From assembly GCA_046706325.1 (NCBI GenBank), contig JBJKPM010000053.1:1243-65242 (forward strand): a DNA stretch of 64,000 nucleotides, read 5' to 3'. The notes beneath the pieces were generated by a model, which ran no database searches, was not told the origin of the DNA, and saw only the letters and a list, made by a program, of their open reading frames with translations. Positions within the stretch are counted from its first letter, which is position 1; the number at the start of each line of letters is the position of its first letter. This document shows positions 53,655 to 63,719 of the stretch, piece by piece. The DNA comes from Desulfocapsaceae bacterium. Its GTDB lineage: Bacteria > Desulfobacterota > Desulfobulbia > Desulfobulbales > Desulfocapsaceae. The translations under genes and the position numbers were made by a program.

Positions 53655-55112
53655 CTAATTTTTCTTCTGACGCCGATATTTTACCGGCAATATTTTCATC
53701 TGTTCTCTGTACTTCGCCACCGTCCGGCGGGCGATATCGATATTGTTCTCGGCAAGTTTCTGGGAAATGGCATGGTCGCTCAACGGTTTGTGTTTGTCCT
53801 CTTCCATGATCATCGTTCTGATCCTGGTTCTGATCGATTCGGAGGCCAGGGCCTCGCCGCCCTGTCGGGGAATGGCGGTGGAGAAGAAGTATTTCAGCTC
53901 GAAGATACCCTGCGGAGTATGGGCATATTTATTGGACGTTACCCGGCTGATGGTCGATTCATGCATTTCGATATCATCGGCAACGTCCCGCAGGATGAGG
54001 GGCTTTAGGAACTTCGGTCCGTGGTCGAAGAATTCCCGCTGGAAGTGAAGCAGGCTCTCCATGACCTTATAGATGGTCCGCTGGCGCTGGTGGATTGACT
54101 TGATGAACCATTCTGCGTCCTTGAGCTTATCGGCGACATAATTGCGGGATTCCTTGGGGAGGTCGGCTCTGCTCTGCAGGAGATTCTGGTAATAGGGAGA
54201 CAGCTTCAGACGCGGCAGTTCGTCATCGTTGAGACGGATAATATAGTCCTCGTCGACTTTCACAACATAGACATCGGGGACGATATAATTCGTATCCTCT
54301 TCCGCAAACGGGAGGCCGGGATACGGAGTGAGTTTCGAGACGATGAATTCAACAGCACTCACGATCTCTGTTTTTTTTCGGCCGGTTACTCTGGCCAAGG
54401 CCTTGTAATTCCGCGTCTCCAGTAAAGAAAGGTGGTTTTTGACGATTTCCGCGGCCAGGGAATGTTGCTGTCCGAGCCGTTCGAGTTGGAGCAGGAGGGA
54501 TTCATTGACGTCCCGCGCACCTATTCCCGGCGGATCCAGGTCCTGGATGACCTCGAGAATGTAATCCGCCGTGTCCCGGTCGCAGGAGTTCTTCTCCATG
54601 ATCTCCTCCAGGTTTGTCTCTAAAAAGCCGTACCTGTTCAGGTTGCCGATAATGAAAAGCGCAATTTCTTTTTCTGTCTCATCGAGATCCGAGTGGGCGA
54701 GCTGCCACTGCAGATGTGCAAGAAGACCCGGTTTTTCCGAGATAAAATCAAATTGTGAGGGGGCATCGGCAGCCGGGATCTCGTGAGAAAAGGAAAAATT
54801 GCTGTCAAAATTGTTGGCGTAATCGTTCCAGTTGATATCGACCAGGTTTTCCGAGGGGGTAATCTGTTGAGTGAATTCCGTCTCGGGTTGAGCTGCCGTG
54901 TTTTCGTTTACGGATGAGAGACTTTGCGGATGTTCGGGGGTCTCGATTGGAGTGAGGTCCTCTTCGAGTGCCGGATTTTGTTCTATCTCGGTCCGGAGCG
55001 CATCCACCAGCTCAAGCCTGTTCAACTGCAGCAGTTTGATGGCCTGCCGCAACTGAGGGGTCATGACCAGCTTTTGAACGAGCTTGAGTTGTTGTCGTAA
55101 TTCGAGAGTCAT
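53655..55112 (-). CDS. rpoN: RNA polymerase sigma-54 factor
   Basis: N-terminus LELRQQLKLVQKLVMTPQLRQAIKLLQL, an acidic linker, and the C-terminal RpoN box ARRTVAKYRE. Confidence 0.9.
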   Translation of the reverse strand: MTLELRQQLKLVQKLVMTPQLRQAIKLLQLNRLELVDALRTEIEQNPALEEDLTPIETPEHPQSLSSVNENTAAQPETEFTQQITPSENLVDINWNDYANNFDSNFSFSHEIPAADAPSQFDFISEKPGLLAHLQWQLAHSDLDETEKEIALFIIGNLNRYGFLETNLEEIMEKNSCDRDTADYILEVIQDLDPPGIGARDVNESLLLQLERLGQQHSLAAEIVKNHLSLLETRNYKALARVTGRKKTEIVSAVEFIVSKLTPYPGLPFAEEDTNYIVPDVYVVKVDEDYIIRLNDDELPRLKLSPYYQNLLQSRADLPKESRNYVADKLKDAEWFIKSIHQRQRTIYKVMESLLHFQREFFDHGPKFLKPLILRDVADDIEMHESTISRVTSNKYAHTPQGIFELKYFFSTAIPRQGGEALASESIRTRIRTMIMEEDKHKPLSDHAISQKLAENNIDIARRTVAKYREQMKILPVKYRRQKKN

Positions 55113-55117
55113 AAAAA

Positions 55118-55840
55118 TTACATGCTGAAATTTTCACCAAGATAGAGTTTTCTGGCCACTTCGCTTTCAATGATATCGTCGGCAACACCGCTTGTGAGTA
55201 TCTGGCCGTCGTTCATGATATAGGCAAAGTCGCAGACCTGCAGGGTTTCACGAACGTTATGGTCCGAAATCAGGACACCCAATCCCCGGTTCTTCAGATT
55301 GATGATGGTTTTCTGCAGCTCGATGACCGCCAGGGGATCAATACCTGCAAAGGGTTCATCCAGCAGAATGAACCTTGGTCGTGTGGCAAGGGAGCGCATG
55401 ATCTCTACCCTTCGACGCTCGCCGCCGGAGAGGGCATGCCCTTTATTGTTCCTTAGATACTCGATCCGCAGGTCGGCTATCAGCTCATTGATCCTGTTGG
55501 TAATCTCGTTCTTCGGCAGCCCCAGGGGTTCAAGAACGATCCGGATATTTTCTTCAACGGTAAGTTTCTTAAAAACCGACGGCTCCTGGGCAAGGTAGGA
55601 GATACCCTTCAATGCCCTCTTATGAATCGGAAGATCGGTAATGACCTCTCCATCCAGCAGGATGGAGCCCGAAGTTGGTCGAATGAAACCGGCGATGGAA
55701 TAAAAGGAGGTGGTCTTGCCGGCCCCGTTCGGTCCAAGGAGACCAACGACCACCCCGGTATTCACCTGAAGGCTTACGCCACCTACGACGGTTCTGCTGC
55801 CGTACCGTTTAACGATATTACGCGTTTCAAGAAGTGACAT
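55118..55840 (-). CDS. lptB: LPS export ABC transporter ATP-binding protein
   Basis: Walker A GPNGAGKTT, signature LSGGERRRVEI and Walker B ILLDEPFAGIDP. It shows the conserved lptA-lptB-rpoN synteny. Confidence 0.9.
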   Translation of the reverse strand: MSLLETRNIVKRYGSRTVVGGVSLQVNTGVVVGLLGPNGAGKTTSFYSIAGFIRPTSGSILLDGEVITDLPIHKRALKGISYLAQEPSVFKKLTVEENIRIVLEPLGLPKNEITNRINELIADLRIEYLRNNKGHALSGGERRRVEIMRSLATRPRFILLDEPFAGIDPLAVIELQKTIINLKNRGLGVLISDHNVRETLQVCDFAYIMNDGQILTSGVADDIIESEVARKLYLGENFSM

Positions 55841-55888
55841 GGATTGCGTTGCACTCGACGTTGGATGAACCCGGCGATGAATTGCCCA

Positions 55889-56431
55889 TTATTTTTGCAA
55901 AATGGTCATATTCACCCTGCCTGATTTATTGTTGCCGGAATTTTTTTCCCCCTTCCCGGGAGGTCCGCTTATCACCTCTGAACGGCCCTTGTCAAGATAA
56001 TAAATGATCTTGGCGCCGCTAACCATATTCTGTCCCTGCCAGGCCTTGGCATTACCGGTCAGAATCACCTGCCGAACCTTTTTTAGATAGAGCAGTTTTT
56101 GTGACGTACCCAACCAATCTTTTTTAGTGACTTCAACATTTCCGTCACAGTAAAGCTTTTCCACCTGTTGGGTCTTTTTTTCCATCTTATCCTTCTTGTC
56201 TGCTTTGGTGTAATACACCGTCATCTCATCGCAGCGAATACGGACTTCCCCCTGCCTGGCGTCGACATCACCGGAAAATTGGACACTGTCGGAGCCCTCC
56301 ACCGACACCATGTGATTGGCTTCGATCTGTATGGGGGGCTCATCCGCTGACGACGGGGAACCCATGAGCAGAAACGCCGTAAAGACGATGGCAACGAACA
56401 GGGGTAAAACGCCAGACGACCGGTGATTCAT
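55889..56431 (-). CDS. lptA: LptA/OstA-like periplasmic LPS transport protein
   Basis: Signal peptide plus beta-jellyroll-type repeats (I.A.....V....SV.F.G.V......I.CD...VYY). Its position upstream of lptB supports the call. Confidence 0.7.
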   Translation of the reverse strand: MNHRSSGVLPLFVAIVFTAFLLMGSPSSADEPPIQIEANHMVSVEGSDSVQFSGDVDARQGEVRIRCDEMTVYYTKADKKDKMEKKTQQVEKLYCDGNVEVTKKDWLGTSQKLLYLKKVRQVILTGNAKAWQGQNMVSGAKIIYYLDKGRSEVISGPPGKGEKNSGNNKSGRVNMTILQK

Positions 56432-56669
56432 ACGGGATCTCCAGTTGGGGAAAAGGGAAAAATTAATGCAATTACCGAGCCTGTTATACCTCAATGGCAT
56501 GACAATGTAAAGATGCGGGATGTGTCCAAACTGAGAACAATTGCTTTACTTAGGGGTGGTGAAAAAGTACAATGGAAAGGAATATCACGATATTTTTTAG
56601 TTGTTATCCGCTTTGTTTCTTTCAGGGCGGATAGCCAAAGAATTTGCATCTGTTGCAAGGATTTTTCAA

Positions 56670-57560
56670 ATGAAGGAAGAAATTAAAAAAGCGAATATTC
56701 TGATTGAGTCTCTGCCGTACATGCAGGAATTCAGAAATAAAATCATTGTAATAAAGTATGGCGGCCATGCAATGGCCGATGATAATCTGAAGAGACAATT
56801 TGCCCTTGACGTTATCCTGATGAAGCAGATCGGCATTAATCCGGTCATCGTTCATGGAGGCGGGCCACAGATCAACCGCCTGCTTGACCGGCTCGATATA
56901 CAACCCAATTATATTCAAGGGATGCGCGTAACGGACGGTGAGACCATGGATGTTGTCGAGATGGTGCTGGTCGGGACCGTGAACAAGGACATCGTCGGCT
57001 TGATCAACCATTGCGGCGGCAAGGCGGTCGGGCTTTCCGGAAGGGATGGCGACCTTGTCTGCGCAAGAAAACTGAAGCTGAGTGCCAAGGGCAAGGGCGT
57101 CCCCCCGGAGGATGCACCTTCCGAACTCATTGATCTCGGCCGGGTAGGCCAGGTAACCGGAATCAATCCGGAGGTCTTGCAGACGCTTGACCGGGGAGAC
57201 TTTATCCCGGTGATTGCCCCGGTGGGGGTCGGGGAGGATGGAAGGGCCTTCAATATCAACGCGGATCTGGTGGCAGGGGCCATCGCCGGTGAATTAAAGG
57301 CTGCAAAACTTATCCTGCTCACCGATGTGGAAGGAGTCAAAGACAAAAACGGCAGGCTGATTCCATCTCTTAAACGCCGGGATCTCGAAGCACGTATTAC
57401 TGATGAAACCATAGTTGGAGGGATGATTCCCAAGGTCCGCTGCTGTGGTGAGGCCTTGGATAAGGGTGTCGCCAAGACCCATATCATTGACGGTCGGGTC
57501 GAGCATGCCATCCTCTTGGAGATTTTTACCCGACAGGGAGTCGGAACGGAGATAGTGTGA
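56670..57560 (+). CDS. argB: acetylglutamate kinase
   Basis: [25 protein letters not shown] and INADLVAG motifs. Confidence 0.9.
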   Translation: MKEEIKKANILIESLPYMQEFRNKIIVIKYGGHAMADDNLKRQFALDVILMKQIGINPVIVHGGGPQINRLLDRLDIQPNYIQGMRVTDGETMDVVEMVLVGTVNKDIVGLINHCGGKAVGLSGRDGDLVCARKLKLSAKGKGVPPEDAPSELIDLGRVGQVTGINPEVLQTLDRGDFIPVIAPVGVGEDGRAFNINADLVAGAIAGELKAAKLILLTDVEGVKDKNGRLIPSLKRRDLEARITDETIVGGMIPKVRCCGEALDKGVAKTHIIDGRVEHAILLEIFTRQGVGTEIV

Positions 57561-57561
57561 A

Positions 57562-58764
57562 ATGAGCACGGGAAATGAGAAACTGAAAGAAAGAGCCGAT
57601 GCAGTATTTATCGGGAATTATAGCAGAAATCCCATCGCTCTTGTCAAGGGGGAGGGGTGCAGGCTCTTTGATGCCGACGGCCGGGAGTACCTTGACTTTC
57701 TCTCGGGGATCGCCGTCTGCGCGTTGGGACACTGTCATCCGGCGGTGACCGAGGCGGTCAGGAGACAGGCCGGTGAACTGGTGCATGTCTCCAACCTCTT
57801 TTATACCTGGCCGCAGACGGAGCTTGCCGAGATGTTGGTGGCCCATTCCTTTGCCGACAAGGTCTTTTTTGCCAACAGCGGTGCCGAGGCCAACGAGGCG
57901 GCGATCAAACTCGCCCGGATTGCTTCTGGTCCCGGACGGTATGAGGTGATCTCCCTGGAAGGGTCTTTTCACGGACGGACGCTTGCCACGGTGGCGGCGA
58001 CCGGTCAGGTCAAATTCCACCAGGGTTTCGAGCCGATGCCGGAGGGGTTTTCAAACGCCCCTTTTGGGGACCTGATGGTCCTGGACAACATGATTACGGA
58101 CAGCACCTGTGCGATCATGTGTGAGCCGATCCAGGGCGAAAGCGGGGTGCGGCCGCTCTCCCGGGAGTATCTGCAGGGACTCCGTGAGCTTTGTCAAAGG
58201 CACAACCTGTTGTTGATCTTTGATGAGGTGCAGACCGGCATGGGCAGGACCGGTACTCTCTTTGCCTATGAGCAGCTGGGGGTAGTACCCGATATCCTGA
58301 CGACGGCAAAGGCTTTGGGCAATGGGCTGCCCATCGGGGCTATGTTGACTACCAGGGAGATTGCCAGGGCACTTGTTCCGGGTTCCCATGCCTCCACTTT
58401 CGGCGGTAACCCGGTTGCCACGGCGGCGGCCGTGGCAACCATGAAGATCATGCTGGCGGAGGGATTCCTTCAGGGCGTACGGGAGACAGGGCTGTATTTT
58501 CGGGAGGAACTGCAGAAGCTGGCTGAGCGTTTTCCGCTGCTTGTCCGGGAGGTCAGGGGTCTGGGGATGATATGGGCCCTGGTGTTGACCGAGGCCGGCA
58601 TACAACGGGGTGCCGATCTGGTGAGAGAGATGCTTGAGCGTGGTTATCTTATCAATTTCGCAGGGAATATAGCTCTTCGTTTTGTTCCGCCTCTTGTTGT
58701 CACCACCGGGGAAATCGACCGGTTGGTTGCGACACTGGCGCAGGTCTTTACCCAGCAAGAGTGA
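57562..58764 (+). CDS. argD: acetylornithine aminotransferase
   Basis: Class-III aminotransferase blocks (GIAVCALGHCHP, FFANSGAEANEAAIK, DEVQTGMGRTG, TTAKALGNG with the PLP Lys). Confidence 0.9.
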   Translation: MSTGNEKLKERADAVFIGNYSRNPIALVKGEGCRLFDADGREYLDFLSGIAVCALGHCHPAVTEAVRRQAGELVHVSNLFYTWPQTELAEMLVAHSFADKVFFANSGAEANEAAIKLARIASGPGRYEVISLEGSFHGRTLATVAATGQVKFHQGFEPMPEGFSNAPFGDLMVLDNMITDSTCAIMCEPIQGESGVRPLSREYLQGLRELCQRHNLLLIFDEVQTGMGRTGTLFAYEQLGVVPDILTTAKALGNGLPIGAMLTTREIARALVPGSHASTFGGNPVATAAAVATMKIMLAEGFLQGVRETGLYFREELQKLAERFPLLVREVRGLGMIWALVLTEAGIQRGADLVREMLERGYLINFAGNIALRFVPPLVVTTGEIDRLVATLAQVFTQQE

Positions 58765-58894
58765 AATTCTTTGCAAATCGCTTCTATTTCTGTAATTATT
58801 AACCTTTTCCCCAAAAAGCGGATACAGTGTTCTTTCGGGGATGGGTGACCAACGGGAAAGCGCGCCTTTCCGGCTTGGAAAGAGGTGAATAGTC

Positions 58895-59812
58895 ATGCCT
58901 AAGCATTTGTTGTCATTGCAAGAATTTACAAAAGATGAACTCGTCTGGTTCCTCCATAGAGCCCAAATATTGAAGGAAGAAAGAAAGGCGGGTATCATGC
59001 ACCGGCAGCTGACCGGGAAAACCATCGGACTGGTTTTTGAAAAACCTTCCACCCGGACCAGGGTCTCTTTTGAGGCGGCCATGTATGGACTGGGCGGCCA
59101 GGTAATCTTTCTGTCGGCCCGGGATACCCAATTGGCCCGATCGGAGCCGTTGAAGGATATGGCCAGGGTAATGGCCCGTTATGTGGACGGGATGGTGGTT
59201 CGGACCTTCGGCCAGGAGGTCGTCAATGAACTGGCCCGCTATTCGACGGTACCGGTGATCAATGCCCTGACCGATTTGCATCATCCCTGCCAGGTCCTAA
59301 GTGATGTGATGACGGTGATTGAAAAAAAAGGGTCCGTTGAGGGATTGAAGATAGCCTGGGTGGGAGACGGCAATAACATGGCCAACTCCTGGATCCAGGC
59401 CGCAGGCCGTCTGGGCTTCGAGCTCACCTTGGCCTGCCCGGAAGGCTATGGACCCGATGAGATGATCCTCAAGGAGGCGCAGGCGCAGGCGGTGCGACCG
59501 ATCACCCTTTTGCACGATCCGCAGGAGGCAGTGACGGGTGCCGATGTCGTTAATGTCGATGTCTGGGCCTCGATGGGCAAGGAGGATGAGGCGGCAAAGC
59601 GGCTGACGGCCTTCAGAAACTACCAGATCAACGACTCGCTTCTGGCCCTGGCTCCCGCCGACTGCATCATTCTTCACTGCCTGCCTGCCCATCGGGGCGA
59701 AGAGATTACCGATGCGGTTCTGGAGTCCGGGAAATGTGTCGCCTTTGATCAGGCGGAAAATAAAATGCATATGCATAAGGCAATCCTGGAAAAGCTGATA
59801 GGGAAAGGCTAG
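58895..59812 (+). CDS. argF: ornithine carbamoyltransferase
   Basis: Carbamoyl-phosphate motif STRTRVSFE, the ornithine-binding DVWASMG block and HCLPAHRGEE. Confidence 0.9.
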   Translation: MPKHLLSLQEFTKDELVWFLHRAQILKEERKAGIMHRQLTGKTIGLVFEKPSTRTRVSFEAAMYGLGGQVIFLSARDTQLARSEPLKDMARVMARYVDGMVVRTFGQEVVNELARYSTVPVINALTDLHHPCQVLSDVMTVIEKKGSVEGLKIAWVGDGNNMANSWIQAAGRLGFELTLACPEGYGPDEMILKEAQAQAVRPITLLHDPQEAVTGADVVNVDVWASMGKEDEAAKRLTAFRNYQINDSLLALAPADCIILHCLPAHRGEEITDAVLESGKCVAFDQAENKMHMHKAILEKLIGKG

Positions 59813-59924
59813 GAGAGGAAGAATAGGACTCTGTTCCATGGGTGCTGGAAGCAAAAATTTACTAGGTTTTTACGATTAATCGGTTTGGAAGGGAAGAGAG
59901 GCCGGCCGGGAGGAAGGTGGAAAA

Positions 59925-61121
59925 ATGGATGTGAAGAAGATAGTGCTGGCCTATTCCGGAGGGTTGGATACCTCGGTGATTTTAAAATGGCTGGCGGAGG
60001 AATATGGCTGTCCGGTCGTTGCCTATGCGGCCGATATCGGGCAGGAAGAGGATTGGGATGCGGTTCGGAAAAAGGGCCTGGCAACCGGAGCGGAAAAGGT
60101 CATTGTCTCCGATCTGAAGAAGGAATTCGTTACGGACTATATCTTCCCGGCATTCCGCTCCAATGCAATCTATGAGGGATCCTATCTGCTGGGGACGTCG
60201 CTTGCCCGGCCGCTCATCGCCATTGAGCAGATCCGGATCGCCCACCAGGAAGCGGCGGATGCCGTCAGCCATGGGGCAACCGGCAAGGGAAACGACCAGG
60301 TCCGCTTTGAGTTGGCCTACCTTGGTATCGATCCGAAGTTGACGATCATTGCGCCGTGGCGGATCTGGGACCTGAATTCACGCAAGAAGCTGGTGGAGTA
60401 TGCCAGGACCCGCAAAATCCCGGTCCCGGTGACCAAGGAAAAGCCGTACAGTTCCGATGAGAACCTGTTGCATATCAGTTTTGAGGGCGGCATCCTCGAG
60501 GACCCGTGGAACGAGCCGGACGAGGCGATGTTCAAGCTGACCGTCTCTCCCGAGAAGGCTCCGGACATCCCTACCTACCTGGAGATCGATTTTGAACATG
60601 GGGATCCGGTGGCCTTGGACGGCGTCCGGATGGAGCCGCTGGCCTTGTTCACCCGGCTTAACGAGCTGGGCGGCGCCAACGGTATCGGCCGGCTTGATCT
60701 GGTCGAAAACCGCTTTGTCGGCATGAAATCCCGGGGCGTTTACGAGACCCCCGGCGGCACCGTTCTGCGCACCGCCCATCGGGCATTGGAGACCATCACG
60801 CTGGACCGGGAGGTTATGAAGATCCGCGATTCCCTGGTGCCCAGGTATTCCGAGCTCATCTACAACGGGTTCTGGTTCGCCCCGGAACGGGAACTGCTGC
60901 AGGTGACAATGGATGCCAGTCAGAGGACTGTCAACGGCACGGTTCGATTGAAGCTGTACAAAGGCAACTGCACGCCGGTCGGCCGGAAGTCCGATCGGTC
61001 CCTCTACCAGGAGAGTTTCGCCACCTTCGAGGCGGACACCGTTTATAACCAGGCGGATGCCACCGGTTTTATCCGGTTGAACGGCCTGCGTTTGCAGATC
61101 CAGGCCTTACAGAAGAAGTGA
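59925..61121 (+). CDS. argG: argininosuccinate synthase
   Basis: N-terminal ATP-PPase motif AYSGGLDTS, plus [13 protein letters not shown] and [19 protein letters not shown]. Confidence 0.95.
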   Translation: MDVKKIVLAYSGGLDTSVILKWLAEEYGCPVVAYAADIGQEEDWDAVRKKGLATGAEKVIVSDLKKEFVTDYIFPAFRSNAIYEGSYLLGTSLARPLIAIEQIRIAHQEAADAVSHGATGKGNDQVRFELAYLGIDPKLTIIAPWRIWDLNSRKKLVEYARTRKIPVPVTKEKPYSSDENLLHISFEGGILEDPWNEPDEAMFKLTVSPEKAPDIPTYLEIDFEHGDPVALDGVRMEPLALFTRLNELGGANGIGRLDLVENRFVGMKSRGVYETPGGTVLRTAHRALETITLDREVMKIRDSLVPRYSELIYNGFWFAPERELLQVTMDASQRTVNGTVRLKLYKGNCTPVGRKSDRSLYQESFATFEADTVYNQADATGFIRLNGLRLQIQALQKK

Positions 61122-61131
61122 CTGGAAAACG

Positions 61132-62532
61132 ATGCAGAAGATAAGTGGTTCCGATAAACTGTGGGGCGGCCGTTTTGCCGAGGCTACCGCCGATTCGGTG
61201 GAGGCCTTCACCGCATCGATTCAGTACGATTGCAGGCTCTTTCGATACGACATTGCCGGAAGCAGAGCCCATGCGACCATGCTTGCCGCCCAGGGACTGT
61301 TGACGGTTGAAGAACGAGATGCGATCCTTGCCGGTCTCGCGGAGATAGAGGCGGAGATCGCGGCCGGCACCTTTGCGTTCAAGCGCGAGCTGGAGGATAT
61401 TCATATGAATATCGAGAAGGCCCTGGTGGACAGGATCGGGCCGGCAGGGGCGAAGCTCCACAGCGCCCGAAGCCGCAATGACCAGGTCGCTCTCGATCTC
61501 AAACTCTACCTCCGGGATCAATGCGACCGGCTGGCAGTCCTGCTCGATGGACTCAGGCGTGCCTTTGTCCTGCTGGCCAGGAAGTACCTGGGTGCAGTGA
61601 TGCCCGGATATACCCATCTGCAGCGGGCTCAGCCGGTGCTGGTCTCGCACCACATGCTGGCCTATTTCGAGATGTTCGGCCGGGATAAGGATCGCCTGCT
61701 CGATTGCCGGAAAAGATTAAACCTTCTGCCGCTGGGCGCAGCCGCGATGGCCGGGACCGGGCTGCCCATCGACCGGGACCATGTTGCCCGTGCCCTGGAT
61801 TTCGATGGAGTTACCGCCAACTCGATGGACACCTGCGGCGATCGTGATTTTGCCATTGAGTTTGTCGGTTGCTGTGCCTTGATTCAGCTGCACCTGTCCC
61901 GATTGTCCGAGGAGCTGGTGCTGTGGTCGAGTCAGGAGTTTTCCTTCGTCGATATCGCCGACAGGTTCTGTACCGGCTCATCGATTATGCCGCAGAAAAA
62001 AAATCCGGATATCCCAGAGCTTATCCGAGGAAAGTCCGGCCGGGTAACCGGCTCTTTGGTGACGCTTCTGACGCTGATGAAAGGTCTTCCGCTCACCTAT
62101 AACCGCGACCTACAGGAGGATAAGGAACCGGTCTTCGACGCGGTGGATACCGTTTCCGCTTCTCTTGCCGTCATGGCCGAACTCCTGGGGAATCTCTCAT
62201 TCAATACGGAGCGGATGCAGCAGGCCACCGGTACCGGATATATCACCGCAACCGATCTGGCGGATTATCTGGTCGTCAAGAAGGTCCCGTTTCGCGAGGC
62301 CCACGGTATTGTCGGACGAGCCGTCGCCTTCTGCATCGCCAAGGGATGCGAGCTGGACCGGCTGGATCTTGAAGAGTTGCGGTCGTTTTCTCCGGTGATC
62401 GAAGAGGATGTCTTTGATGTCTTGCGTGTGGAGGGTTCTATCAACAGCCGTATATCAACGGGAGGAACCGGCATCCTGCGTGTCCAGGAAGCGCTCGGCC
62501 TTGCCGAACAACAAATGGGGATGAGAGAATGA
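61132..62532 (+). CDS. argH: argininosuccinate lyase
   Basis: KLWGGRF N-terminus, the fumarate-lyase signature GSSIMPQKKNPD and HSARSRNDQV. Confidence 0.95.
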   Translation: MQKISGSDKLWGGRFAEATADSVEAFTASIQYDCRLFRYDIAGSRAHATMLAAQGLLTVEERDAILAGLAEIEAEIAAGTFAFKRELEDIHMNIEKALVDRIGPAGAKLHSARSRNDQVALDLKLYLRDQCDRLAVLLDGLRRAFVLLARKYLGAVMPGYTHLQRAQPVLVSHHMLAYFEMFGRDKDRLLDCRKRLNLLPLGAAAMAGTGLPIDRDHVARALDFDGVTANSMDTCGDRDFAIEFVGCCALIQLHLSRLSEELVLWSSQEFSFVDIADRFCTGSSIMPQKKNPDIPELIRGKSGRVTGSLVTLLTLMKGLPLTYNRDLQEDKEPVFDAVDTVSASLAVMAELLGNLSFNTERMQQATGTGYITATDLADYLVVKKVPFREAHGIVGRAVAFCIAKGCELDRLDLEELRSFSPVIEEDVFDVLRVEGSINSRISTGGTGILRVQEALGLAEQQMGMRE

Positions 62533-63587
62533 AGATTGTAAACGGTGCGTGCGTTGCGGGATCTTTTTTGCTTATCGGCACATTGCTGTTCGTCGGTGGA
62601 TGCGGATTTAAAAACTACCCGGTACCACCGCAGAGTGTGGTTCCCAAGCCCATTGAAGATCTGCGGTACACAGTCGATGAAAAGGGGGTTACCCTGACCT
62701 GGTCCTATCCTGTCCAGACGGTGAAGGGAACTGATATCGAAGAGGTCTCCTCTTTTGATCTGTATCGTGCGGTTGTGCCGCTGGATGACTACTGTGCGGG
62801 ATGTCCGATCCCGTTCGGTGAGCCGCTGGTGCTCCCGGGCGGGCAAAACGGGCAGGAAACACGACGTATCGCAACCTATCAGACCTCTCTCTTGCGGTCA
62901 GGGGATAAATATTTCTTCAAGGTGCGTTCCCGTACCAGCTGGTGGGCCGCAAGCGGGGACTCCAACATCGTTTCCTTTATCTGGCATACCCCGACCAAGG
63001 CCCCCGAAGGGGTAACGGCGAAGATAGGTGACGGTCAGGTGACCGTCCACTGGAAACCGGTCACAGCCTATATGGATGGCAGCAAGGTTGACATGCCGGT
63101 GGAATATCAGGTATTGCGGAGTAAGGGTGGACAAGGATTCGTGGCGCTGGGCAAACCCCTTTCGGGCACTGAATATGTCGACCGGATGGTTGTCAACAAC
63201 CAGAAATATTTTTATAAGATTCAGAGCATCCTGCTCTTTGACGGCAACACCGTCAACGGGAGTACCAGCGAAGGGGTAAACGTTGTTCCGGTGGATCTCA
63301 CGCCGCCTGTGCCGCCGACGAGCGTGACCGTGATCGCCGTTGAGGGTGGCAATAAGGTGTATTGGGAAAAATCCATGGAACGCGATGTTGCCGGGTATCG
63401 GATTTATCGCCGGGCGGCCGATCAGCAAAAGCCCGTCCTGCTGGGCGAGACAAACGTAGGGGCGGTGTCCTTCACCGATAGCCACGTTCCGGCGGGCATC
63501 CGGGTCTATTACTCGGTAACGGCCATTGACAAAGCGCACCCGCCCAATGAGAGCGAGCCTTCCAGAGAGGTCACCCTCAGGCATTAG
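62529..63587 (+). CDS. lipoprotein with fibronectin type III-like repeats (function unknown)
   Basis: Lipobox LFVGGC followed by GFKNYPVPP. There are three repeats of the V.V.W.P / Y.V.R... FN3-like pattern. Its ATGA overlaps the argH stop. Confidence 0.6.
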   Translation: MKIVNGACVAGSFLLIGTLLFVGGCGFKNYPVPPQSVVPKPIEDLRYTVDEKGVTLTWSYPVQTVKGTDIEEVSSFDLYRAVVPLDDYCAGCPIPFGEPLVLPGGQNGQETRRIATYQTSLLRSGDKYFFKVRSRTSWWAASGDSNIVSFIWHTPTKAPEGVTAKIGDGQVTVHWKPVTAYMDGSKVDMPVEYQVLRSKGGQGFVALGKPLSGTEYVDRMVVNNQKYFYKIQSILLFDGNTVNGSTSEGVNVVPVDLTPPVPPTSVTVIAVEGGNKVYWEKSMERDVAGYRIYRRAADQQKPVLLGETNVGAVSFTDSHVPAGIRVYYSVTAIDKAHPPNESEPSREVTLRH

Positions 63588-63719
63588 GAAGGGGAACCTG
63601 CAACCCCATGCTGTCGGCGGTTTGCGTTGCACCTTGGTGACCTGTCGTGCTGCCCCTGCAGTTTCCGAGGGTGCCTGCGAGGTCATCAAATTTGAATCAG
63701 GATCTGTAAGAGACGCTGT

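Noticed and set aside
58765-58894. TGTAATTATTAACC in the argD-argF spacer as a possible ARG box
   Set aside because: It has only half-site-level similarity to the TGAAT-N4-ATTCA consensus, and no second box was seen.
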